A stretch of 64,000 nt of DNA from an uncultured Bacilli bacterium (GCA_947632205.1 CANROK010000001.1:4682-68681), one strand, 5' to 3'. Positions 1-9,970 are shown, counted from the stretch's first letter. The notes: a model not told the origin generated them from the letters alone. Program-made: numbers and translations.

Positions 1-1
1 T

Positions 2-2701
2 TATGAAACAGGTAATATATTACCTAATATGGCTTTTAATATGGGAGCAGGTCAAAATATATTTAATTATAGTTATTATGGTTTACTTAGTCCAATTATT
101 TTATTATCGTATTTACTTCCATTTATCAATATGACAACTTATATTATTGGTATAAGTATTATATTACATACTTTATCTGGTGTATTATTATATTATTTTT
201 TAAAAGAAAATAATATTTCCAATAAAATATCTTTAATATTATCTTTATGTTTTATAAGTATAGGACCAATGTATCATTTCCATCATCATATTATGTTTGT
301 TTGGAATATCCCATTCTTACTTCTTAGTTTAATTGGTATAGATAGATATGTTACTAAAAGAAAATCTTTATTAATGATGATAAGTATCTTCTTAATGATT
401 ATGACTAACTATATGTTTGCAGTACCAGGTTTATTAGTTATTGTTTTATATGGTATTTATAAACTATTAGATAGTAAAAAATTTAAATTAAATACCTTTC
501 TTGTTGATTTATTTTTAGCAAGTATTCATGTTATTGTCCCATTACTTATGGCTGGCATTTTACTTTTCCCAAGTGCTAATATCATTCTTACAACTGGTCG
601 TGGTTTAAAAGATACTATGGCTTTAAAAAAACTTTTAATACCTAATGTAATTGAGTTATCATATAAAAGCTTTAGTATGGGTTTAACAGGTGTTTTCTTT
701 ATTAGTTTAATTGGTTTATTGTTTACTAAAAAGAAAAAGATAAGTGAAATATTTTTAAGTATTAGTTTATTATTAATATGTTTAATTCCTTTATTTATGT
801 ATATTCTTAATGGGATGCTTTATATAAGAGGTAAAGTATTAATACCCCTTGTTATTTGTTTTATAGTAATATTAACTAAATTTATTGATCACTTAAAAAA
901 TGATAATATTAAATTAAATAAATTATTAATAGTAACTTTTATATCTCTTATATTATTATTTATATTTAATTATAATCAAAAATTATTTTTATTAGGTATT
1001 GATTTAATTGTATCTTTTATTCTTCTATATTTATTTAAAAAATATAAAAAAGATGCTCTTATTTATATACCTTTATTAATAATAATGATCTTTATAGGAA
1101 TAATAAATAATAGTTATGAAACTTATGTAAGTATTGATGAATATAAAGATATTAATAATAAAGATATGATCAGTTTAATTAATAATATCAAAGATGATAG
1201 TTATTATCGTACTTTAAATGATTATAAAGCTTTAGAAGTATCTAATAAATATTATAATAGTAATTATTATAGTACAAGTATATATTCATCAAATTATAAT
1301 AAATATTATTGGAATTTTTATAATAATAATATTTTAAATAATATTACCTATCGTAATTTATTTATAACCGCTGGAGTAAATAATTATTTCTTTAATAAAT
1401 TAATGGGTATTAAATATATTATTACAGATAATGAATTAGATAGTTATGAACTTTTAGAAAGTAAAGATAAATTTAATTTATATTATAATAAAGAGGCATA
1501 TCCAATAATATATGAAACAACTAATTATGGTAGTATTGAGACTTATAATAAATTAAATGAAATTGATAAAGTAGTATATATGTTAAATTATCCCGTTACA
1601 GATAGTAAAGATGTTAATGAATATGAAAGTGAAGTTAATAAATTAGATCTGTCTTTAGAAGATAATTATGAATTTACTTTAAAAGAAAAAACTCATTATA
1701 TCTATGAATTAGAAAAAGCCATTGATAATAAAATATTAGTTATTACTTTTAAAATGAATTATAGTGAAAAATGTTCTAATGGTGATACAGAAATAATTAT
1801 TAATGGTATAAGTAATAAACTTACATGTCGTAGTTGGATGTATCATAATAAGAACTATAATTTTGAATATGTTATTACTGATGATAAAATAGAGAAGTTA
1901 GATATTATTCTTTCTAAAGGTAAATATGATATAAGTGATATAAATATTTATACACTAGATTATATTGATAATAATTTTAAAGAATTAAATAATTTACGAA
2001 TAGATAAGAAAACAAGTACTATTACCGGTGGTAGTAATTTAGATGAAGATGGTTATATAATAAGTAGTATTCCTTATGATAAAGGGTTTAAAGTTTATGT
2101 TGACAATAAGTTAGTGGATAGCGAAATAGTTAATACAGCGTTTTTAGGTTTTAAAGTTCCAAGTGGTAATCATAAAATAAAAATATCTTATACATCACCA
2201 TGGTTAATATTAGGAATATTATCTAGTATTATTGGTCTTTTTGGTTTTATAACGATGTTAATATATGATCATTTTTATGAAAAAATAAATAAAATACTTT
2301 TAAAAAATAAAGAAATAATTTTATATTTAGTTTTTGGTGTTTTAACCACTATTGTAAGTATATTTTCTTATTATATACTTACTAAAACAATATTAAATCC
2401 TGATAATGCTATATTATTACAAGTTGCAAATGTTATATCTTGGATTTTAGCAGTAACTTTTGCTTATATTACTAATCGTATTTTTGTTTTTACTAGTAAA
2501 AATAAAAATATTATTAAAGAAGCTTTAAAGTTTTATGAATCAAGATTAGCAACTTTAGTATTTGAAATGTTATTTATGTATATTTTTGTATCATGTTTCT
2601 ATTTCAATAATACTTTAATGAAAATAATTGCTCAATTTGTTATTATTATTTTAAATTATATATTAAGTAAATTGATAGTATTTAAAGGAGTGAAAGAATA
2701 A
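2..2701 (+). CDS. YfhO-family polytopic membrane protein with C-terminal GtrA-like four-helix domain; 5' end truncated by the window edge
   Basis: The reading frame is open from position 2 and there is no RBS before the ATG at 29. The N-terminus (NMGAGQNIFNYSYYGLLSPIILLSYLLP) aligns to an internal part of YfhO (about residue 80 of B. subtilis YfhO by recollection), so roughly 80 aa are missing upstream. It has many TM helices followed by a large soluble domain. The last ~130 aa show GtrA-family hallmarks (YITNRIFVF, ESRLATLVFEMLF). Confidence 0.6.
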   Translation, partial: YETGNILPNMAFNMGAGQNIFNYSYYGLLSPIILLSYLLPFINMTTYIIGISIILHTLSGVLLYYFLKENNISNKISLILSLCFISIGPMYHFHHHIMFVWNIPFLLLSLIGIDRYVTKRKSLLMMISIFLMIMTNYMFAVPGLLVIVLYGIYKLLDSKKFKLNTFLVDLFLASIHVIVPLLMAGILLFPSANIILTTGRGLKDTMALKKLLIPNVIELSYKSFSMGLTGVFFISLIGLLFTKKKKISEIFLSISLLLICLIPLFMYILNGMLYIRGKVLIPLVICFIVILTKFIDHLKNDNIKLNKLLIVTFISLILLFIFNYNQKLFLLGIDLIVSFILLYLFKKYKKDALIYIPLLIIMIFIGIINNSYETYVSIDEYKDINNKDMISLINNIKDDSYYRTLNDYKALEVSNKYYNSNYYSTSIYSSNYNKYYWNFYNNNILNNITYRNLFITAGVNNYFFNKLMGIKYIITDNELDSYELLESKDKFNLYYNKEAYPIIYETTNYGSIETYNKLNEIDKVVYMLNYPVTDSKDVNEYESEVNKLDLSLEDNYEFTLKEKTHYIYELEKAIDNKILVITFKMNYSEKCSNGDTEIIINGISNKLTCRSWMYHNKNYNFEYVITDDKIEKLDIILSKGKYDISDINIYTLDYIDNNFKELNNLRIDKKTSTITGGSNLDEDGYIISSIPYDKGFKVYVDNKLVDSEIVNTAFLGFKVPSGNHKIKISYTSPWLILGILSSIIGLFGFITMLIYDHFYEKINKILLKNKEIILYLVFGVLTTIVSIFSYYILTKTILNPDNAILLQVANVISWILAVTFAYITNRIFVFTSKNKNIIKEALKFYESRLATLVFEMLFMYIFVSCFYFNNTLMKIIAQFVIIILNYILSKLIVFKGVKE

Positions 2702-3645
2702 TGAAAAAGATATCAATTGTTGTACCATGTTATAATGAAGAAGAAAGTTTACATTACTTTTATGAGGAAATGCAAAAAATAGTTAAACAAATGCAAAAGA
2801 AAGCTAAATTTGAATTTGTCTTTGTTAATGATGGATCTAAAGATAAAACTTTAGAAATACTTAGAGAACTTGCTAAAAAAGATAAGAGTGTAAGATATAT
2901 TTCATTTTCGAGAAATTTTGGTAAAGAAGCTGGTATTTTAGCAGGACTTAAAGCCACAACGGGTGATTATATAGCTACGATGGATGCTGATTTACAAGAT
3001 CCACCAGCATTATTATTAGAAATGTTTGATACTCTTCAAAAAGGTGAGTATGATTGTTGTGCTGCGAAACAAACATCAAGAATTGGTTATTCACCATTAA
3101 GAAAATTTTTTACAAAAAGTTTTTATAAAATAATTAATAAACTTTCTAATATTGAAATGGTTGATGGTGCAAGGGATTTTCGTTTATTTACAAGACAGAT
3201 GTTAGATTCAATCTTAGAATTAGAAGAGTATAATCGTTATTCCAAAGGTATTTTTAGTTTTGTTGGTTATAATACAAAATGGATTGAATTTGAAAATCAA
3301 GAAAGAGTAGCAGGAACTACGAAATGGAATTTTTGGAAATTGTTTGTTTATGCCATTGAAGGAATTATATCTTTTTCAACATCACCATTATTAATAAGTG
3401 CTTTTATTGGAGTTTTATTTTGTTTAATTGCCTTTATTATGGTTATTGTAATAATTGTTAAAACATTAGTTTTTGGTGATCCCGTTAGTGGATGGCCATC
3501 ACTTGCTTGTATTATATTATTTGTATCAGGAATTCAATTATTTTGTCTTGGAATAATGGGATTATATTTATCTAAGACATATCTTGAAACGAAAAAAAGA
3601 CCAATTTATATAATAAAAGAAACTGAAAAAGATTTGGAAAAATAA
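2701..3645 (+). CDS. GT2 family glycosyltransferase, GtrB/CsbB/DPM1-like (polyprenol-phosphate sugar transferase)
   Basis: It has the GT2 motifs VVPCYNEE and VNDGSKDKT, a DAD..DP motif, and two C-terminal TM helices typical of GtrB. There is a good RBS (GGAGTGAAAG). The start overlaps the upstream stop (TAATG). Confidence 0.85.
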   Translation: MKKISIVVPCYNEEESLHYFYEEMQKIVKQMQKKAKFEFVFVNDGSKDKTLEILRELAKKDKSVRYISFSRNFGKEAGILAGLKATTGDYIATMDADLQDPPALLLEMFDTLQKGEYDCCAAKQTSRIGYSPLRKFFTKSFYKIINKLSNIEMVDGARDFRLFTRQMLDSILELEEYNRYSKGIFSFVGYNTKWIEFENQERVAGTTKWNFWKLFVYAIEGIISFSTSPLLISAFIGVLFCLIAFIMVIVIIVKTLVFGDPVSGWPSLACIILFVSGIQLFCLGIMGLYLSKTYLETKKRPIYIIKETEKDLEK

Positions 3646-3646
3646 T

Positions 3647-4582
3647 ATGGATAAAATAGCAGTATTAATACCTTGTTATAATGAAAGTAAAACTATTAAG
3701 AAGGTAATTAATGATGTAAAAAAAGAGTTGCCTAATGCAACAATATATGTTTATGATAATAATTCCACGGATGGAACTGATATAATTGCTAAAAAATGTG
3801 GTGCCAAAGTAATGTATGAATATAAGCAAGGAAAAGGTAATGTTTTAAGAAGTATGTTTCGGCATATTGATGCAGAGTGTTATTTACTTATTGATGGTGA
3901 TGATACTTATAATTGTAAGAATGCTAAAGAAATGTGTGATTTAGTACTAAATGGAAGAGCAGACATGGTTATTGGAGATAGATTATCCGGAACATATTTT
4001 CAAGAAAATAAAAGATTGTTTCACAATTTTGGCAATAAAATGGTAAGATATTTAATTAATAAAATATTTAAAAGTAATGTTAAAGATATTATGACTGGTT
4101 ATAGGACATTTAGTTATGAATTTGTTAAAAGTTTTCCTGTATTATCTAAAGGATTTGAAATAGAAACAGAAATGACTATTCATGCCATCGATAAAAATTT
4201 TAAAATAGTAGAGTTGCCAGTTAATTATCGTAATCGGCAAGTAGGTAGTGTTTCAAAATTAAATACTTATAGTGATGGTATTAAAGTTTTGAAAACAATT
4301 GGGACATTATTTAAAGAATATAAACCAACTTTATTTTTTAACTTAATTGCTTTAATGTTTTTAATTGTAACGATAATATTAGGAATACCACCTGTAATAG
4401 AATATTTCGAAACGGGCTTAGTTTTAAAATTTCCAAGATTAATTGTGGCTTCAGTATCTTTAGTAATAAGCATTTTATTATGTATAAGTGGTATTATTTT
4501 AGAGGTTATTGCTAAAAAGCATAAACAACTATATGAATTATATTTAAATTTATTAAGAGAAAATAATAAGAAGTTCAAATAA
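3647..4582 (+). CDS. second GT2 glycosyltransferase, GtrB/DPM1-like
   Basis: It has the GT2 motifs IPCYNE, DNNSTDGT and DGDDTY and two C-terminal TM helices. It starts 2 nt after the previous stop. Confidence 0.8.
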   Translation: MDKIAVLIPCYNESKTIKKVINDVKKELPNATIYVYDNNSTDGTDIIAKKCGAKVMYEYKQGKGNVLRSMFRHIDAECYLLIDGDDTYNCKNAKEMCDLVLNGRADMVIGDRLSGTYFQENKRLFHNFGNKMVRYLINKIFKSNVKDIMTGYRTFSYEFVKSFPVLSKGFEIETEMTIHAIDKNFKIVELPVNYRNRQVGSVSKLNTYSDGIKVLKTIGTLFKEYKPTLFFNLIALMFLIVTIILGIPPVIEYFETGLVLKFPRLIVASVSLVISILLCISGIILEVIAKKHKQLYELYLNLLRENNKKFK

Positions 4583-4595
4583 ACTTCTTATTTTA
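4568..4595. terminator. stem-loop aagaagtt/aacttctt spanning the GT2 stop codon
   Basis: An 8-bp perfect inverted repeat followed by a T-rich tract lies between convergent genes. Confidence 0.4.
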
Positions 4596-4654
4596 ATATC
4601 TTTATAACCTCTTAATTTAATATTTAATAACTTTAATTACTCATTATTATTTTC

Positions 4655-6271
4655 TTAATTTAATATTCTTATTACTTCTGGTAATACTTGTTTTTTTCTA
4701 GACATAACGTTTTCTAAAAAATCACCTTGGGTTAAATTGTTTTTAAAAGCATCCATTAAAATGTTCTTAGCACTTTCATTAAATAAAATATAAGATCCAT
4801 TTTTAAAGATATCGGTTATTAAAAAAATCATAATATCATATTTTTCACTTTTAGCTTCTTTATTTAAATAATTAATATAGCTATGCTTTTGTTTTAAAAT
4901 GGCTTTAGAATTAAGAGTAGTTATTTGACCTATACCAATATTTTTCTTATCAATAGTATAAGTTTTAAAATCCATATTAACAATTTCTTTAATGGTTTTT
5001 GATTTAACAACATCGCCAGCTTTAAACATCGCCATAGCTAAATCTATTGGTTTGATATTTGCTATTTTACTTAAATTTTCTATAGCTATTTCATCATCTT
5101 TAGTGGCAGTAGCACTTTTTAACATTAAAGTATCAGATATTATACCAGCCATTAAAAGCCCTGCGATATGTTCTGGAATTTTTACTTTATTTTCTATATA
5201 TAATCCATAAATTATTGTACAAGTACTACCCACAATCATATTTCTAAAACTTATCGGTTTAGTTGTACCAAGTATGCCCAATTTATGATGGTCAATAATT
5301 TCTAAGATATCTGCTTCATCTAAGCCATCCACACTTTGATTAACTTCATTATGATCAACTAAAATAACTTTTTTAGGATTAGTGTTTCTTAAATCAGAAA
5401 GTTTTATTAAGCCCAAACATTCATTATTATTATTAATAACAGGATAATAACTATGTTTAGTTTTATTAATAATATCATTTAAATCACTAACATCTAATTT
5501 TTCGTTTACTACCATAATGTCTTTTTGATAAGGATAATTATATATATAACTGGCAAATTTTATTTTAAGTAATGTTTCATAAGTATCTTTTTTAGTATAT
5601 ATAATATTAATTTTATTTTTTCTTGCTAACTTTAAATGTTCGTCTTTAAATTTATTATTACCCGTAACTATTATTAATTTAACTTTTTTATTAATAGCAT
5701 CTTCAATGATTGAATATCTATTTCCTACTACTAAGATGGAATTTTTATTAAGTAAATTTTCTTCTTTAAAAGTAGAACTTCTTAAATCTATATTTGTAAT
5801 ATTACCTTCAATTTCACTTTGAAATCTTAAGATTTCTATCCCATCTAAAGCATCAAGAATATAATCATAATTAGTTTTTAGAATATTTATATCGCCAAGA
5901 ATTTCTTGTCTGGCTATATCTTTCATCGCAAAAGTACCTACAAAGTTATTTTTATTATCCACAACCGGAATTGTACTCATATTATTATTTTGCATTTCAA
6001 AAAAAGCATTATAAACTGAGTTATTAATATTAATTTTAAAATCTTTATGATAATTAATATTTTTAACTTGTAATTTAACATCTTCTAAAATTGGCGGTAT
6101 ATCTACTTTAAATTTATTTAAAACATATTTTGTTTCTTCGTTTATATTGGATAAAATTCTTGGCTCTGTATTGTATCCTAATGCATTTTTTAAATAAGAT
6201 AGAGAAATAGCACTACAAACACTATCAGTATCAGGATTTTTATGGCCAAATATATATATTTTATCTTTCAT
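4655..6271 (-). CDS. CBS-domain family II (Mn-dependent) inorganic pyrophosphatase, DHH-CBS-DHHA2
   Basis: The N-terminus KIYIFGHKNPDTDSVCSAISLSYL matches the PpaC start, and it has the DHNE motif (VILVDHNEVNQS). The length (~538 aa) fits an inserted CBS pair. The ORF track starts at a GTG; I place the start at the downstream ATG (MKDKIYIF) with RBS AAAGGTGG. Confidence 0.7.
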   Translation of the reverse strand: MKDKIYIFGHKNPDTDSVCSAISLSYLKNALGYNTEPRILSNINEETKYVLNKFKVDIPPILEDVKLQVKNINYHKDFKININNSVYNAFFEMQNNNMSTIPVVDNKNNFVGTFAMKDIARQEILGDINILKTNYDYILDALDGIEILRFQSEIEGNITNIDLRSSTFKEENLLNKNSILVVGNRYSIIEDAINKKVKLIIVTGNNKFKDEHLKLARKNKINIIYTKKDTYETLLKIKFASYIYNYPYQKDIMVVNEKLDVSDLNDIINKTKHSYYPVINNNNECLGLIKLSDLRNTNPKKVILVDHNEVNQSVDGLDEADILEIIDHHKLGILGTTKPISFRNMIVGSTCTIIYGLYIENKVKIPEHIAGLLMAGIISDTLMLKSATATKDDEIAIENLSKIANIKPIDLAMAMFKAGDVVKSKTIKEIVNMDFKTYTIDKKNIGIGQITTLNSKAILKQKHSYINYLNKEAKSEKYDIMIFLITDIFKNGSYILFNESAKNILMDAFKNNLTQGDFLENVMSRKKQVLPEVIRILN

Positions 6272-6395
6272 TGCAACCACCTTTTAAAAAATTATACCAT
6301 TTAAAAATATATCTGACAATTGAATAATAAAAAATATAAATTATTTCGACAAAAAAATAATTTTTAATTTGCTATAGTATTAAGGGTGAAATATA

Positions 6396-6563
6396 ATGAA
6401 AGTAAAATTATTTGATGAAGAATGTGAGAGGGATTTAGAAAATAGTGTAAATGAATTTTTATTAAAAGATGTTGATGTTATTGATATTAAATATCAAGTA
6501 GCAGTGGGAATTAATGGAGAGGAACAAATATATTGTTTTAGTGCTATGATTATATACCATTAA
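6396..6563 (+). CDS. Cse60-like small sporulation protein (55 aa), not in the ORF track
   Basis: It translates to MKVKLFDEECERDLENSVNEFLLKDVDVIDIKYQVAVGINGEEQIYCFSAMIIYH. There is an RBS AAGGGTGA 8 nt upstream and an intrinsic terminator directly downstream. It resembles B. subtilis Cse60/YteV by recollection. Confidence 0.5.
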   Translation: MKVKLFDEECERDLENSVNEFLLKDVDVIDIKYQVAVGINGEEQIYCFSAMIIYH

Positions 6564-6590
6564 AAAACCTCTTTTTTTAGAGGTTATAAC
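6562..6590. terminator. bidirectional intrinsic terminator (aacctct-tttttt-agaggtt)
   Basis: A 7-bp stem has A-run and T-run flanks, and sits between convergent genes. Confidence 0.6.
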
Positions 6591-6901
6591 ATATACATAT
6601 TAGAATTATTGATTTCAACATCATCACTAGAAACAACGTTTCCAGCACTTTCTAGTTTAGATAATCGATAATCCATTCGATTTAACTGACGTTCTATTTT
6701 GGCAAAACGACTTTCTATATCACTTTCATTTGTGATATAATTATTAGGCATAGGACCTTGATAAAAATAATTACTTGAAGTTTGATAAGGACCTGGTGTC
6801 ATTGGTGTATTCATTTGATTTGTTTGAGGAATACCTCCTTGCATGGGATTATATGCTTGATAAGAACTTTCAGCAAAGAACGAATTTCTTGTTTTTTTCA
6901 T
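6584..6901 (-). CDS. hypothetical P/Q/N-rich protein with coiled-coil C-terminus (possibly sporulation/coat-associated)
   Basis: It has a strong RBS (AGGAGG) before the ATG. The composition is P/Q/N/Y-rich. No family was recognised. Confidence 0.5.
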   Translation of the reverse strand: MKKTRNSFFAESSYQAYNPMQGGIPQTNQMNTPMTPGPYQTSSNYFYQGPMPNNYITNESDIESRFAKIERQLNRMDYRLSKLESAGNVVSSDDVEINNSNMYML

Positions 6902-6949
6902 TTGAACCTCCTACAAACAATATATGATAAATTAAGGAAGTGGTTAAAA

Positions 6950-7555
6950 ATGCGGATGCGAAATCCTAAAGACAAAGATGAAGTTATTAATAGTTGTGAT
7001 TTTTTAATAACAGATACTATTAATTTTGTGGATAATAATAAACCATTATATATTGAAATAGGCATGGGTAAAGGTAATTTTATATTACAAATGGCTTTAA
7101 ATAACCCAGATATTAATTTTATTGGGATTGAAAAATATGCAAGTGTGGCAAGTATTGCAATAAAAAAAATTAGAGATTATAAACTTGATAATTTAAAAGT
7201 TATTATAAATGATGTTATTAATTTAGAAGAATTACTTAAAAAAAGAATAGATGTTATTTATTTAAATTTTTCTGATCCTTGGCCTAAAAAAAGGCATGAG
7301 AAAAGAAGATTAACATCTAAAATTTTTTTAGAATTTTATGATAAATTATTTAAAAATAAATGTGTTATTATTCAAAAAACAGATAATGATGAATTATTTA
7401 ATTATAGTATTGAATCTTTAAAAAATTATGGTTATAAATTAGAAATAGTAAGTTATGATCTTCATAATAGTAATATAGATAATGTTATGACTGAATATGA
7501 AGAAAAGTTTAGTAAGATGGGAATTAAAATAAAATATTTAAAAGCTATGAAATAA
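6950..7555 (+). CDS. trmB: tRNA (guanine46-N7)-methyltransferase
   Basis: Motifs LYIEIGMGKGNF, IGIE and DPWPKKRHEKRRL are present. The start is placed at the ATG at 6950 after RBS AGGAAG. The longer ORF in the track would overlap the convergent gene. Confidence 0.85.
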   Translation: MRMRNPKDKDEVINSCDFLITDTINFVDNNKPLYIEIGMGKGNFILQMALNNPDINFIGIEKYASVASIAIKKIRDYKLDNLKVIINDVINLEELLKKRIDVIYLNFSDPWPKKRHEKRRLTSKIFLEFYDKLFKNKCVIIQKTDNDELFNYSIESLKNYGYKLEIVSYDLHNSNIDNVMTEYEEKFSKMGIKIKYLKAMK

Positions 7556-7584
7556 ATGGTATAATAAAGATGGAGTTTAAAAAT

Positions 7585-8229
7585 ATGAAGAAAAAAATAT
7601 TGCTATTATTAATATTATCAATTACTTTAACGGGTTGTACAAAAGTAGCTAATCTTAGTTATGATGAAATAATTAATACAGTTATTAATAATAATAAAGA
7701 TGCAAATATTTATCGTAAAGGTTATAAATTTTATTTACCAAATGGGTTACAAATCAGTTCGGCAGGAAGTAATTATATTATTATTACGAGTGAAAATGTA
7801 AATTATTATTTATATGTAGATTTTGTAAGTTATATGGCAAATAGTAAAAGTAATTATAAAATAAATGAAAATGCTATTTATTCAAATACTATAAATTATA
7901 ATAATATAGAAGGTTATTTAGAGATAAATTTAAAAGAAAATAATAAATATTTGATTGAAATTATGTATAATTATGCTAAAATAGAAGTAATGGTAGATAA
8001 TGATCAAATTAATAGGACACTTATCAATGCCATTAATATCTTAAAGAGCATAAAATATAATGCAACAATTATCGAGAAACTATTAGCAGATGACGAATTA
8101 GATTATACAGAAGAAAAATTTGATATTTTTGAAAATAGTACAGATAAATCAGATGTATTAACCCATGAAGATGAAATAAATAAAGAAAGTGAAGAAAACG
8201 TTATTAAGGATACAGATTTCTTGAATTAG
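7585..8229 (+). CDS. lipoprotein of unknown function
   Basis: It has an MKKKILLLLILSITLTGC signal peptide with a lipobox. There is a GGAG RBS 8 nt upstream of the second ATG. The C-terminal tail is acidic. Confidence 0.6.
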   Translation: MKKKILLLLILSITLTGCTKVANLSYDEIINTVINNNKDANIYRKGYKFYLPNGLQISSAGSNYIIITSENVNYYLYVDFVSYMANSKSNYKINENAIYSNTINYNNIEGYLEINLKENNKYLIEIMYNYAKIEVMVDNDQINRTLINAINILKSIKYNATIIEKLLADDELDYTEEKFDIFENSTDKSDVLTHEDEINKESEENVIKDTDFLN

Positions 8230-8238
8230 GAGGACATA

Positions 8239-9246
8239 ATGAGTTTAGTAAAAAAGATTAAAGACATTTTATTTGAAGTAGAAGATGATGATAATGTTAA
8301 TGAAAGTGTCGATGTTATTAAGATAAAAGATAATGGAGATAATACGAATAATAACAATAAAATTGATGAATTAAAAGATATAAAAGAAGAAAAAACAGAA
8401 ACAGTACAAAGTGAAAGAGAATTATTTAAATTAGATAATAATACTTTTACATTTCCAGATTTTGATGAAGAAGAATTTCAAAACAATTTTTCCCGTAATA
8501 ATGAAAATAAAACTTATGAAGATAATTTTTTACAAAAAGATAATAATAAATATCGTCAAAATAATAATGTATTAGATTTTGAAAGAAAGAAAAATGTTGA
8601 AAAGAAAAATGAATATGCTAAATATGAACGTCAAGAAAGAAATATAGATAGAGATTTTGATAAGGGTGAAAAGAAAAAATTTAAACCATCACCAATTATT
8701 TCTCCGGTTTTTGGAGTTTTAAATAAGGATTATAAATCATCAGATATTGTTGATCGAACTGATAATACCAAAATTGATGTTGATTATGTAAGAAAGAAAG
8801 CATTCGAACCAATAAATAAGGAAAAAATAGAAATGCCAAAAGTTTCTGATTTTACTGAAGAAACTATATCTGAGCCAGTTGTTACTTTTTTTGAAGAAAG
8901 AGATGAAGTAAAGCCAGAAAAGGAAGATAATAAAGAAAACTCTCAAGAAAAAACTACTAAATCAATAGATACATTATTAGAAGAAGCTAGTGAAGAAATT
9001 AGTTTAGAAGATACCCTTGAAATACCTGTAAGTAATAATTTAGAAGCTATTGAAGAAGAATTAGAAAAAATTAGTGAAGAAGAAAAAACAAAAGATGCAG
9101 ATGATATGTTAGAAGAAGAATTCAGTAATAATTTAGATGCGGCCATTGATAAATCAATTAGTGATGAAAAAGTAAAAGATGATGATATTGATAATGATTT
9201 GTTTGAACTAATAGATAGTATTTATGATGAAAGAGAGGAGGACTAG
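8239..9246 (+). CDS. highly acidic low-complexity protein (E/D/K/N-rich), unknown function
   Basis: It is a long ORF with RBS AGGAGGA. Composition is extremely biased, and no domain was recognised. Confidence 0.5.
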   Translation: MSLVKKIKDILFEVEDDDNVNESVDVIKIKDNGDNTNNNNKIDELKDIKEEKTETVQSERELFKLDNNTFTFPDFDEEEFQNNFSRNNENKTYEDNFLQKDNNKYRQNNNVLDFERKKNVEKKNEYAKYERQERNIDRDFDKGEKKKFKPSPIISPVFGVLNKDYKSSDIVDRTDNTKIDVDYVRKKAFEPINKEKIEMPKVSDFTEETISEPVVTFFEERDEVKPEKEDNKENSQEKTTKSIDTLLEEASEEISLEDTLEIPVSNNLEAIEEELEKISEEEKTKDADDMLEEEFSNNLDAAIDKSISDEKVKDDDIDNDLFELIDSIYDEREED

Positions 9247-9252
9247 ATAGAT

Positions 9253-9546
9253 ATGGAATTTTTATCCCATTTTTTACCAATTATAGTTTATATCTTATTG
9301 ATAATATTAATAATGGTAGGTATAATTTTAGGTATAAAACTTATAATTACTATAGATAAAGTTAATACTATTGTCGATGATATTGACGATAAAGTAAAAA
9401 AAGTAACACCAATATTTGATATTGTGGGAGTAGTTTCAAATAAGGTAAATGGTATAGTAAATACCGTAGTAGGAACAGTAGAAAATTTAACATATAAATT
9501 ATTTACAAAAAAAGGTAAGAAAGAGGAGAGTGAAGAAGATGAGTAA
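9253..9546 (+). CDS. DUF948 (YtxG-like) membrane protein
   Basis: It has an N-terminal TM helix followed by TIDKVNTIVDDIDDKV, which resembles B. subtilis YtxG by recollection. The RBS is GAGAGGAGGA. Confidence 0.55.
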   Translation: MEFLSHFLPIIVYILLIILIMVGIILGIKLIITIDKVNTIVDDIDDKVKKVTPIFDIVGVVSNKVNGIVNTVVGTVENLTYKLFTKKGKKEESEEDE

Positions 9547-9970
9547 AAAAGGCAATTTTTTACTTGGAGCAGGTGTTGGTTTAGGATTAGGTTTGTTATT
9601 TGCTCCAAAAAGTGGTAAAGAAACAAGAAAGGATTTAGCTAAACTTATTGATGAATTAATCGATAAAGCCAAAGATATCGATGTTGAAGAAGTTAAAAAT
9701 ACTATAATAGTTAAAACGAGAGAACTAGAAAATACTATTAAAGAGTTAGATAAAGAAACTGCTAAACAATTAATAATTGATAAGTCAAATGAAGTAAAAA
9801 TAAAAGCCCAAGAATTAGTTGATTTGGCTAAAGAAAAGGGAACACCTATAGTTGAAAAAACAGCAAAACAAGTTAAAACAAAAACAGCAGAACTTTTAAA
9901 AAATGCTGCTGATAAATTAGAAGAAACTGAAAAACCAGTAAAAAAAGAAACTAAAAAGGCAAAAAAATAA
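9539..9970 (+). CDS. YtxH-family protein (GxxxG glycine-zipper motif)
   Basis: GNFLLGAGVGLGLGLLFAPKSGKETRKDL is the YtxH signature. The track start is a GTG; the ATG at 9539 has RBS GAGGAG. ytxG-ytxH adjacency is the same as in B. subtilis. Confidence 0.65.
   Translation: MSKKGNFLLGAGVGLGLGLLFAPKSGKETRKDLAKLIDELIDKAKDIDVEEVKNTIIVKTRELENTIKELDKETAKQLIIDKSNEVKIKAQELVDLAKEKGTPIVEKTAKQVKTKTAELLKNAADKLEETEKPVKKETKKAKK

Noticed and set aside
6782-6949. N-terminal extension of trmB given in the ORF track (257 aa)
   Set aside because: The extension overlaps the convergent gene 6584..6901 and has no RBS. The internal ATG at 6950 has AGGAAG at proper spacing and gives a canonical ~200-aa TrmB.
8740-9626. 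Minus-strand ORFs 8740..8946, 8943..9146 and 9288..9626
   Set aside because: They are antisense to the acidic protein and the DUF948/YtxH genes. Their composition is the reverse-complement shadow of E/K-rich codons.
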